In this document: one piece after another, positions 1 through 7,936 of the stretch
Numbering within the stretch: the first letter of the stretch is position 1
Layout of the letters: each line of letters begins with the position of its first letter
Source: Fimbriimonadales bacterium
GTDB lineage: Bacteria > Armatimonadota > Fimbriimonadia > Fimbriimonadales > Fimbriimonadaceae
Length of the DNA: 64,000 nucleotides
Assembly (NCBI GenBank): GCA_046330155.1
Contig: JAXLTH010000005.1
Location: 17,417 to 81,416, forward strand
Reading direction: 5' to 3'
Translations under genes and position numbers: made by a program
The notes under the pieces: model-generated
What the model was told of the DNA's origin: nothing
What the model saw: only the letters and a program-made list of their open reading frames with translations
Database searches by the model: none

Positions 1-1670
1 AAGCCGTTCGTGTAGCCGCTACCGCCGCCCACGCCGGTGTAGTTCACCGGGTTGCCGTCGGTACCCGTCAGGACGCCGGCAGTCGTCGGAGTGCCGGTGG
101 TAATGGTTCCCCGGGTTCCCCAGTCGCCGCCGTTTTCCCACATGGCGTAGGTCCACAGTCGGGTCGCATACTGTCCCGTGGCGAAGTAGTCCGCCCAGTC
201 CATTGCGCCGCCCGCGTAGTCGCCCCATCGGCCAAAACCGCAGTTTGCGTTTCCGCCTCGGGTCTGCCACGCACCTTCATTAGTGCCATTGTTGAAAGCC
301 ACAACCGCCGCACTCGGGAAGGTGCCCGAGGTGGCATAGCTGAACGCCCAGTGAACGTTGCCACCGTAGTCCGCCGCGGGCGAGCCCATGGTGGCCGTGG
401 TGTTGGCGCCGAACCAGTAGTTGTACTGCCAGCGAGCAGCATTCGCAGGCGAATCGAGGTCGTAGAAGCGTAGACCCATCTCACCGCCAACGTTGATGTT
501 CTGGCAGGTGTAGAGGTGGTAGCCGCCGTTGACGAAGTCGTACGTCAGAACGGCTTCGAGCAAGCGTGCGTCGAAACCGAACCAGTTGCGACCGCTGGGC
601 TGATAAGCCGTCGGAGCCGTGTTATAAGCAGCGATCGGGATGTTGGCGTGCGTGAAGGTGTTTGCGCCCCACGGATCCGTCCATCGCCAGATGTCCATGC
701 TGCTTCCACCCAATCGGGGCAAGCCCACGAACTGGACGTCAGATCCAAATCCGCCCACTTGCGCGTTTGCAGGGCGAGGCGTCCAAGCTTCAAGGCCGCC
801 TGGGTTGTTGTAGTACCAATACCACCAGCTGAGGCCGCCACCATTGTAGAGGTCAGCCTTCTGGAGGCCGTAGAACACCGTGCCATGGTCGCTGTTGGTC
901 CACGAGAAGTGGTTGCCCGACAGGTAAATGCCGTTCACGCCGTAACCAAGGTCGTAGTAGTCGGCCCAGTTTTCGGTGGTGCCAAAAGTGAACTTTGCGC
1001 CAAGGGCGTACCAAGTCCAACTTCCGATGGGATCATCGTCGTCGGAAACGAACAAGATCAACACGGAATCACGGGGAGCCGAGTCCTTGCGCCCGTGGAT
1101 CAGCATGACCCAGCGGCTCGTCCACGGGTCGAAGATGACCTTCGGGTCGAAAAGGAAGTAGCCGTTGTACGGGGCACCCACGAAGTTCGCGAAGTTGTTC
1201 GCGTAGGTCTGGTTGCCGCATCGGTCGAAGAAGCGGAAAGCAACGTTGACCACTTGGATGACGCCCTTCGGGCCAACCGACTGGTCGGTGTCCGCCGGAA
1301 CCCAACCCGTTCCGGGAATGCCGTCCCACCCAAAGAGGTAGCTGGAATCCTGCACACCGTTCGGAACAGGCAAGTCGGCTTGGATGGTGGTGACGGGCGG
1401 CTCGCCCGGCTTGGGCTCCACGCGCGGACCGTCGTAGTGGAAGTTCTCCAGTTCCGGGTTCGCGCGGCCAAAGATGCCGTTCGGCCCCGTCGGAGCGGTT
1501 TGGGTCGAAACAAAATGAGGCTTGGACACCTTGGCTCGCTTTTGAGCCGCAGGTGAGATCGGCGACTTGTCGACGCCCGTCCAATCCCCTTTGGGAGTGG
1601 TGATGGGAGTCTGTGCCGATGCAAGCCCGGCCATCGTCAAGCCGATAGCCAAACAAAGATTCCTCAGCAT
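1..1670 (-). CDS. Secreted hypothetical protein, C-terminus cut by the window edge (about 556 aa visible); Trp/Tyr/Gly/Asn-rich, no family recognised
   Basis: Absent from the supplied ORF track because it has no in-window stop. Manual minus-strand translation from ATG 1670-1668 gives MLRNLCLAIGLTMAGLASAQTP... (Sec-type signal peptide). It read without stops through every stretch I translated (1670-1560 and about 1320-3; about 1560-1320 was not read). This is the only minus frame with no listed sub-ORFs. AAGGAGG lies 10 nt upstream of the ATG. The + ORF 516..1556 is its antisense shadow. Confidence 0.8.
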   Translation of the reverse strand, partial: MLRNLCLAIGLTMAGLASAQTPITTPKGDWTGVDKSPISPAAQKRAKVSKPHFVSTQTAPTGPNGIFGRANPELENFHYDGPRVEPKPGEPPVTTIQADLPVPNGVQDSSYLFGWDGIPGTGWVPADTDQSVGPKGVIQVVNVAFRFFDRCGNQTYANNFANFVGAPYNGYFLFDPKVIFDPWTSRWVMLIHGRKDSAPRDSVLILFVSDDDDPIGSWTWYALGAKFTFGTTENWADYYDLGYGVNGIYLSGNHFSWTNSDHGTVFYGLQKADLYNGGGLSWWYWYYNNPGGLEAWTPRPANAQVGGFGSDVQFVGLPRLGGSSMDIWRWTDPWGANTFTHANIPIAAYNTAPTAYQPSGRNWFGFDARLLEAVLTYDFVNGGYHLYTCQNINVGGEMGLRFYDLDSPANAARWQYNYWFGANTTATMGSPAADYGGNVHWAFSYATSGTFPSAAVVAFNNGTNEGAWQTRGGNANCGFGRWGDYAGGAMDWADYFATGQYATRLWTYAMWENGGDWGTRGTITTGTPTTAGVLTGTDGNPVNYTGVGGGSGYTNG

Positions 1671-1824
1671 TAGATGCAATCCTCCTTAAAACAAGAAAGT
1701 CGGCGCAGATGCGCGACCTGTTGCTATAGTACAACAGGAAGACTGAGTCTAGGCAAGAAAAGATCAAAAAATACTCACCAGTTTTTTCCCGAAGTTCCCG
1801 CCTTTCCCCGCTAAAATTGCGGAA

Positions 1825-2607
1825 ATGCTGCCGATTCTCCTGCTGAGGGACCCCGATCATCCGAGCCCCGTTGTCAAGGCGGCACTCGAATCGGCAGTTG
1901 GCGCATCCAACGTGGAAGAGGCTGCGCCCACCCGTGACAACTTCCCTGCCGTGCTCGACCGACTACGAAGCGGTGAGGCCGCTGGCGCCTACGTTCTGGG
2001 CAAGCTTCGGGTGGACGCCGCCCAGGCCGCAAGCAGGTACTTCACGGTCTCGGATAGCCTCGGCGTTGCCAACGCGATCAAAGGGCCGAAGGACGTATAC
2101 GGCACGAACACCGAGGGCGACGGGTTCTTGATGCCTATCAAGGACGTGGAACCCGCCACCGCCCTCATCTTGGGAGCGGGAACGGGCGCTCGCATGGCGG
2201 CAACCGCGCTCCTGAAGGCTGGGTGGCGCGTTAAGGTTTGGAATCGAACCATGACCCGGTCCCGCGGAATGGGCATCGCCCTTCAAAGGGCGGGCAAGGT
2301 GGAACTTGTTCCCGAACCGGAACCAGGGCGGTGCCGCCTGGTCGTCAACGCCACGCTGCTGGGAGCGCGGCCGGGGGAAACGCCGCCCGTCGTGTGGGAG
2401 CGGGCTTCTCCCCACACCATCGCGTACGATCTAGTCTGGCGGGAGCGGGTTCCGACGGACTTTCTGCGCGCCGCCAGCCGGCGGGGCTTCGCGACGGTCG
2501 ACGGAAGAGAATCGATCATCGGCGCCACCGCGCTGGCCCTGGCGTGGATTCAAGGCCAAATGCCCGACCTCGAGAAGATGCGCGCCGCCGTCTTCGAGGC
2601 CGTCTAG
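1825..2607 (+). CDS. aroE: Shikimate 5-dehydrogenase
   Basis: 260 aa. N-terminal HPSPVVKAAL (SP..H-type substrate motif), GTNTEGDGF (GTNTD..G motif), ILGAGTGARMAA Rossmann loop, NRT motif. Confidence 0.8.
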   Translation: MLPILLLRDPDHPSPVVKAALESAVGASNVEEAAPTRDNFPAVLDRLRSGEAAGAYVLGKLRVDAAQAASRYFTVSDSLGVANAIKGPKDVYGTNTEGDGFLMPIKDVEPATALILGAGTGARMAATALLKAGWRVKVWNRTMTRSRGMGIALQRAGKVELVPEPEPGRCRLVVNATLLGARPGETPPVVWERASPHTIAYDLVWRERVPTDFLRAASRRGFATVDGRESIIGATALALAWIQGQMPDLEKMRAAVFEAV

Positions 2608-4094
2608 GACTTTTCCCGCTTGCGAAGAGCGTCGAAGAGCTCGTCCACGCGCAAGCGGATCCCAATGTTCAGCGAAGACGGAAACCTCCGCCAAACGAAG
2701 AAGGGCTCGACGCACCCCGCCAGTTGTCGCAGAGCCACCTCATGGTCGTACCACCGCTTCGACTCAAGGTCGTATTTGGCCAGAAACGAGATCTTGGTGG
2801 GTCCGTCGCCCAAATCGAATCGAGCCATCAGGGATCGGTCCGCATAAGGCGGGTCGATCTGCAGCATGGGAACCCCGGAATGGGCGGTCGCCGCGTAGGC
2901 AACCCCGAACCGGGATCGAGCCGACACGGGAACAACAACGCCGAGTTCGCCTTTCACCCAAGCGTAGTCCTCGCCAGGTTGCCAATAGCCTTGCGCATCT
3001 AGGCGCGCATGAAGACTCACGCCACGGCTCGGCTTTGGACCAAGCGAGAACCCGACGATGCCGCGATTTGAAGATGGGCCCGACTCCTCCCGAATCTGCT
3101 GGGCGCGCACTTGCCCGGACCAGGCCAGCCCCTCCCAATCGCCGCCGACTTCGACCGCCCCTTCAATCGGGGCGGTGTAGACCGCCGTCGTGCGTCGTCC
3201 GGGCACCGTTTGGTTCAGAGAAGAACTGAGTCCTACCGTGGTGCGTCGCCGCCCTCTTGCTTCCCATTCCGATTCGGGCGAGTCCACGTAAATGTTGCCG
3301 AAGTAGTTGAGGGCATCGCGATCGCCAAAGGTGGTGAGAAGATGCACCAAATCGCGTCCCGAGACGGTGGCCTGAAGATCGACGGCCCCGCCGAATGCGG
3401 TTCCCGGAAAGGTCTGCAGCCCCAAAGCAAGGTTGCCTCGCCCACCCACGGCGAAGTCGCTTCCCCACGACGCACCGAGGCCGCCTTGCCGGCCGAGCGA
3501 CACCGACGGCAATCTCCAAGTCCTCTCGTTCTTGTTGAGGCTGAACCGATAACGCGGCAAAGTGACCAGGCGCTGGCCGAAGAAATAGAGCGAAGCCTTA
3601 TAGGCGGTGCCCCTCCCGAAAGGGGTCGCTTCGAGCCGGGTGCTGTGAAGAGCGAAGAGGGGCGTGGGCTCGTAACGCGAGGTGAGGGTCACGTCGTCGA
3701 GAGACCACCGCTTGGGGTCGAACTCGATGTTGGCGGCTTTGAGCTCAAACCGATGGGCCATGCCCAGCGCGTCGACGACCTTGCCCTTCCCTTCTTTCCA
3801 GTCAAAAGTCGCCTCCTTTGCGTTGAGCGTTCCATCGGGATCGATGACTTGGACCGACCCTTGGGCGGTGCCTTCACGTCTTTCGCCCTCCAGTTCCAAC
3901 GTGAGGGTATCGCAACGCACCTCGGTGACACCGTATCGGGCCACAACGCCGCCAGAAAAAATCAGCTTGCGCGGGCGGAGCTGCACCTGCTTGTGCTGCC
4001 ACTGGACGACCAAACCGCCCTCGACTTGGTCTGTCCCGCCAGTCTGCCCAGGCAAGACGGCGATCGGTAGCATCCACAGGCCGGGCATAAACAT
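2604..4094 (-). CDS. LptD/OstA-like outer-membrane beta-barrel protein (pattern-level call)
   Basis: Track ORF 2604..4121 starts at TTG. ATG at 4094 gives MFMPGLWMLPIAVLPGQ. An OstA-like N-terminal segment is followed by a long Gly/aromatic-rich alternating region (RLPSVSLGRQGGLGASWGSDFAVGG...). Confidence 0.5.
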   Translation of the reverse strand: MFMPGLWMLPIAVLPGQTGGTDQVEGGLVVQWQHKQVQLRPRKLIFSGGVVARYGVTEVRCDTLTLELEGERREGTAQGSVQVIDPDGTLNAKEATFDWKEGKGKVVDALGMAHRFELKAANIEFDPKRWSLDDVTLTSRYEPTPLFALHSTRLEATPFGRGTAYKASLYFFGQRLVTLPRYRFSLNKNERTWRLPSVSLGRQGGLGASWGSDFAVGGRGNLALGLQTFPGTAFGGAVDLQATVSGRDLVHLLTTFGDRDALNYFGNIYVDSPESEWEARGRRRTTVGLSSSLNQTVPGRRTTAVYTAPIEGAVEVGGDWEGLAWSGQVRAQQIREESGPSSNRGIVGFSLGPKPSRGVSLHARLDAQGYWQPGEDYAWVKGELGVVVPVSARSRFGVAYAATAHSGVPMLQIDPPYADRSLMARFDLGDGPTKISFLAKYDLESKRWYDHEVALRQLAGCVEPFFVWRRFPSSLNIGIRLRVDELFDALRKREKS

Positions 4095-4121
4095 AGCGAT
4101 TCTACCGACGAATAACCGCAA

Positions 4122-4148
4122 TGAACGATTTGGCTTAAACCATTCGTC
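4122..4148 (+). promoter_or_regulatory. Candidate ECF-type promoter (TGAAC-N18-CGTC) in front of the ECF sigma gene
   Basis: TGAAC at 4122-4126 and CGTC at 4145-4148, 10 nt before ATG 4158. The spacer is 1-2 nt longer than the usual 16-17 nt, and the mRNA would be nearly leaderless. Confidence 0.25.
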
Positions 4149-4157
4149 CGTGTTATC

Positions 4158-4721
4158 ATGGAAGGCGCAGCTATGGTTGACGCGCGGTTGAACCGATTGG
4201 AAGCCCTTCGCGAAGAGTGCACTTGGGTGTCGCGATGTCGCGAAGGCGATGAGAACGCCCTTGCGTTACTCATCGACAGGCATCGGAACCGCCTGATCCG
4301 CACCGCAGCGAACCTGTTGCGAGACCGCCACGAGGCGGAGGACGTCGCTCAAGAGGCGTTCCTGAAGGCTTTCAAGGAAATCGGACGCCTGCGAGACGAC
4401 CGAGCCTTTGCGGGCTACATCTATAGAATTTGTGTGCGTCTTTGCATGGACCGGCTGCGCCTCAAGCGTGCCGAACCCGGCGAGTTCGATTCGGTGCAGG
4501 ACCACGATGGCGGATCGGTTGAGAACCGGGTGGTCATCGAGAAGCTGCTTGGCCAACTTCCCTACGACCTTCGTGCGACCCTTGTGCTCCGCGAGATTGA
4601 GCAGTTGAGCTACGAAGAGGTTGCCGAGGTCATGCACGTCCCGATCGGGACGGTGCGGTCTCGCCTTCACACCGCTCGCGAGCGCTTTCGAAAACTCTGG
4701 GTGGAGGCGATGGCCGAATGA
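4158..4721 (+). CDS. ECF-family RNA polymerase sigma-70 factor
   Basis: 187 aa. Region 2 (DVAQEAFLKAF, YIYRICVRLCMDRLR) and region 4 HTH (LSYEEVAEVMHVPIGTVRSRLHTARERF). Confidence 0.9.
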   Translation: MEGAAMVDARLNRLEALREECTWVSRCREGDENALALLIDRHRNRLIRTAANLLRDRHEAEDVAQEAFLKAFKEIGRLRDDRAFAGYIYRICVRLCMDRLRLKRAEPGEFDSVQDHDGGSVENRVVIEKLLGQLPYDLRATLVLREIEQLSYEEVAEVMHVPIGTVRSRLHTARERFRKLWVEAMAE

Positions 4722-5167
4722 TCGCCCTTACGCGTTGCCAGCGCTTTCGAAACCTGTGCGAGAAGCGCGATTGTAGCGACCTTTCGGCGGCCGAGGAGCA
4801 GTTCCTCGACTCCCATCGTAGTTCGTGTGCCCGGTGCGCCAAAGAGGAGTACCAGTTTTCGCTGGCGCTCGACCTTCTGAGGGATTCCAGCCTGGAGACG
4901 GACCCGAGCCCAGGCTTCGACGAGCGTTTGATGCGCCGCATGCAAGTGCAGCACATCAAGGGCAGCGTTCGTTACTGGACGCCCGTGTTCCTCGGCGCGG
5001 CGGTCGCCAGTTTGGTCGTTCTCGCCGCCGTCCAGGTCGTCAGTGCGTCCAGCAGTTTGCCCACGATCCACTTCGGCGGCAACCGTGCGCCCGAGGCCCG
5101 GCGAATCGAGACGAGTTCGAACCTGCCGAATATCGAGTTTTCCGCTTCGCACTCGCGTAGGCAATGA
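4718..5167 (+). CDS. Anti-sigma factor (zinc-finger type N-terminus, single TM helix)
   Basis: ATGA overlap with the sigma gene stop. Cys/His cluster CQRFRNLCEKRDC...HRSSCARC. TM helix VFLGAAVASLVVLAAVQVV. Confidence 0.65.
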   Translation: MIALTRCQRFRNLCEKRDCSDLSAAEEQFLDSHRSSCARCAKEEYQFSLALDLLRDSSLETDPSPGFDERLMRRMQVQHIKGSVRYWTPVFLGAAVASLVVLAAVQVVSASSSLPTIHFGGNRAPEARRIETSSNLPNIEFSASHSRRQ

Positions 5168-6729
5168 ACCGCTTCGGACGCGCACTGACAGGCGCCTTTA
5201 TGGGCGCCTTCGTCGTGCTCGTCGCCCATCCTGAATCCCGCCCGATCTATCTTGGCGGCGCCAACGCATGGGGGGCTATCCCACCCCTCGAGTCCGACAC
5301 CAGGCTTGTCGACAGCGGCGAACTGCCCAATCCCATTCGAACCCCGTCCGACGCGGCCGTCTGGGTCGAAACCGGAGCGGTTCGCATCGTGGAACGAAGG
5401 CGCCTTCGACCCGAAGACCTCGACAAATTGGTGCGCACCGCCTCGTTTGGGATGCAAACGGACCCGACGAACGCCTACTGGCCCCTGATGAAGTCGGTTC
5501 TTATTGCCCTTCAGGGCAACCAGGCCGAGTCTTTGCGGCTCTGGCTCGCCGCACCACGATGCTCCAGCTACAACGACTATCAGGGCTCCCGCCTGTCTTC
5601 CCTGTCGAGCGACCTGAAGTCCCGTGGCGCCAAGGCTTGGCGCTGGGCCGCCCTCTACTTTCACCGAAGCCTGGCCAGCGCACGGCTGATCGAAATGAGG
5701 GGGAGGCAGGTGGTCAAGGCCTCGCGCCTCGGGGAATCCGATGGACTGCGCGTTCGGTTCGCCACCTTGGCAAACGGAGTTCTAGTCAGGGACAGGGCGC
5801 GAAACATCGAAGTAGGCAGGACTGGCTCCGACATGGTCGAGTTCGCCACCTTCCCCCGGGACGTGGGCGAACAAGAGTCGCCCAAGCGCCTGCTCATGGC
5901 TCGGGATGCGTTCACCCAGCAGTTGAGATCGGCGGGAATGAACGATCAAGCCGACGAGGCTCAAGCCGCATTCCAGACAAACGAAGCCTGGTTTGCCTTT
6001 GCGAGTGGTCCCACGGCATCCGAGAACTTCGTATCCCTCGCCGAGGAGGCGGTGGCCGTCGCGGTATTGCCCGTGACGCTTCTGGTCTGCAGCCTTGCCG
6101 GAGGATTGCTGTGGCTGTTTGGCGCGGGGATCCTAAAACGCCAAGGCTGGGCAAAACTGATTCAGCCGCCTATTTCCGTGGGGATTGGACTCGTCCTCGC
6201 CGTCGTCGTCTATGCGATCAGCCGACTTTGGCTTGCCGCCGTCGCCATCGCCACGAGTTGGGCGTTCACGTCGCTTGGACCCGAACAATGGCGGTCCAAG
6301 CCGCCCGGAAGTTTTGGCCCGCTGTTCCGCTTCGTCCTTCTCGTTATCGGACTGGGGACCGTCGCGACGATGCTGTGCTTCGTCGCCGGGCTATCGACGC
6401 CCGCCAACTACGTCCTCAACGGCTTGGGCACCCCGCGCGAGTACTTTGGCGGGTCCACCGTATTCCTCGCCCTTTCGGCGATCTCGCTCATGCTCGTGTT
6501 CTTGGTGGGCCCAACGTGGGCCATCGTGCAGAGGGTCGACACGACCCTTGTCCTCGGCACCGCCATCCGAGATCTTGGCAAGTCCGTGACTCTGACGTGC
6601 CTCTTCCTTTCGATCGCGGCCGGACCGGTATGCATCGCGCTCGACCGTAATGTGGAGCGCGAATTGGGCCAGATCGTCGCTAACGAGCCCCTCTACTACT
6701 ACCGTCTTTACCACGCCGAGCGAATGTGA
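5164..6729 (+). CDS. Polytopic membrane protein of unknown function, third gene of the ECF module
   Basis: ATGA overlap with the anti-sigma stop. N-terminal TM helix (LTGAFMGAFVVLVAH), a soluble region of about 270 aa, then several C-terminal hydrophobic helices. The other-frame ORF 5268..6650 is Arg-rich and judged spurious. Confidence 0.6.
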   Translation: MNRFGRALTGAFMGAFVVLVAHPESRPIYLGGANAWGAIPPLESDTRLVDSGELPNPIRTPSDAAVWVETGAVRIVERRRLRPEDLDKLVRTASFGMQTDPTNAYWPLMKSVLIALQGNQAESLRLWLAAPRCSSYNDYQGSRLSSLSSDLKSRGAKAWRWAALYFHRSLASARLIEMRGRQVVKASRLGESDGLRVRFATLANGVLVRDRARNIEVGRTGSDMVEFATFPRDVGEQESPKRLLMARDAFTQQLRSAGMNDQADEAQAAFQTNEAWFAFASGPTASENFVSLAEEAVAVAVLPVTLLVCSLAGGLLWLFGAGILKRQGWAKLIQPPISVGIGLVLAVVVYAISRLWLAAVAIATSWAFTSLGPEQWRSKPPGSFGPLFRFVLLVIGLGTVATMLCFVAGLSTPANYVLNGLGTPREYFGGSTVFLALSAISLMLVFLVGPTWAIVQRVDTTLVLGTAIRDLGKSVTLTCLFLSIAAGPVCIALDRNVERELGQIVANEPLYYYRLYHAERM

Positions 6730-6763
6730 TCGTCGCCTTCGCAGGTATAACTCGGCTTCGAGT

Positions 6764-7216
6764 ATGAAGGTCGTTATCTTCGGCTGCGGCAGGACCGGGT
6801 CCACCCTGGCCCTCCAACTCTCTTCACGCGGTTTCCACGTGACCATTATCGAGCAGAACCCCTCCGCCCTCCGGCGCCTGGGCAACGAGCACGGTTGTGA
6901 GATCGTCATTGGAAGCGGCTTGGACGACGACGTCTTGGAGCAAGCAGGCGTTCGCAATGCGGACGTGTTCTTTGCGCTCACCCGGGGCGACAACACCAAC
7001 CTCATGTCCGCGCAAATCGCCCGGCTTCGCTTTAACTGCCCGAAGGTCTGCGTGAAGGTGGCCGATCCTTTGAGAGCCGACGCCTATCGAAAGTTGGGCT
7101 ACTTCTGCATCAATCCGAGCGCCCTTACGGCGGGCATGATGCGCGACTGGATCACCGAAACCGAGTACGGCCGAATCGACACCTACAACGAGCTGACGAA
7201 GGAGTTGGAGGTTTAA
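6764..7216 (+). CDS. TrkA-N (RCK N-terminal, NAD-binding) domain protein
   Basis: Internal ATG (residue 39) of track ORF 6650..7216. MKVVIFGCGRTGSTLA GxGxxG Rossmann start; 150 aa; no RCK_C segment seen. Confidence 0.8.
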   Translation: MKVVIFGCGRTGSTLALQLSSRGFHVTIIEQNPSALRRLGNEHGCEIVIGSGLDDDVLEQAGVRNADVFFALTRGDNTNLMSAQIARLRFNCPKVCVKVADPLRADAYRKLGYFCINPSALTAGMMRDWITETEYGRIDTYNELTKELEV

Positions 7217-7219
7217 CCC

Positions 7220-7882
7220 ATGTACATGATCTTGGTTGGAGGCGGAAACGTCGGCTTGTACCTCGGCAAGAGGCTGATCGCGAACGGCCACGAGGTGCTC
7301 ATCTTGGAGCGCGACACGCGCCAGGCAAGTCGCTTGGCGTCCCTCATCGGCGAAGAAAACGTCATGGTGGGCGACGGCTGCGAGATGCTGACCCAGCGCG
7401 ATGCGGGGTTCGGACGGGCCGACGTCGTGGTGGCGGTCACCGGCGAAGACGAAGACAACATGGTCGTCTGCCAGTTGGCGAAGGAAGTCTGGAACGTCGA
7501 CCGCGTCGTTGCCCGAATCAACGACCCTTCGCACGAAGAGTTGTTCCGTCGCATCGGCATCGACGATACGGTAAGCGCCACGGGCATCATCCATGCGCTT
7601 ATCGAACAGCAAATTTCCCCCGATGTGATCGTGCCGGTGGGTGCCCTCGCCCAAGGCAACCTCGAGGTCGTCGAAGTCGAGCTGGGCCCACGCTCGAGCG
7701 CACTAGGCAAAAAGGTTCGCGAGCTAAACCTCCCGCCCCAAACCAACATTGTGTGGATTCTCAGGGCTGGACAGGGCATCGCCGTCGATGGAGACACGAC
7801 TTTCACCCAAGGCGATATGCTCGTGGCGGTTCTTCCCAGAGACTATGCGCCGGACCTGCGCACGGTCCTCGCGCGAACCTAG
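7220..7882 (+). CDS. trkA: Trk/Ktr-type potassium uptake regulatory protein (RCK_N + RCK_C)
   Basis: MILVGGGNVGLYLGKRL GxGxxG. The C-terminal segment VVEVELGPRSSALGKKVRELNLP...GDMLVAV is typical of TrkA-C. Confidence 0.85.
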   Translation: MYMILVGGGNVGLYLGKRLIANGHEVLILERDTRQASRLASLIGEENVMVGDGCEMLTQRDAGFGRADVVVAVTGEDEDNMVVCQLAKEVWNVDRVVARINDPSHEELFRRIGIDDTVSATGIIHALIEQQISPDVIVPVGALAQGNLEVVEVELGPRSSALGKKVRELNLPPQTNIVWILRAGQGIAVDGDTTFTQGDMLVAVLPRDYAPDLRTVLART

Positions 7883-7936
7883 AGCGTCCGCTCTGGCATA
7901 CTAGATTTAGGCCTCGGCAAGAGGCTCGGCAACGGC

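Noticed and set aside
516-1556. 346-aa plus-strand ORF
   Set aside because: It is antisense to the minus-strand secreted-protein gene that runs uninterrupted through the region. The composition is Val/Arg/Ala-rich, with no start context or recognisable motifs. This is a typical high-GC shadow ORF.
1717-1738. 7-bp inverted repeat CCTGTTG-N8-CAACAGG in the divergent region between the secreted-protein gene and aroE
   Set aside because: It is short, has no second copy and has no recognisable regulator nearby. It was noted only as a possible operator and is too weak to report as a feature.
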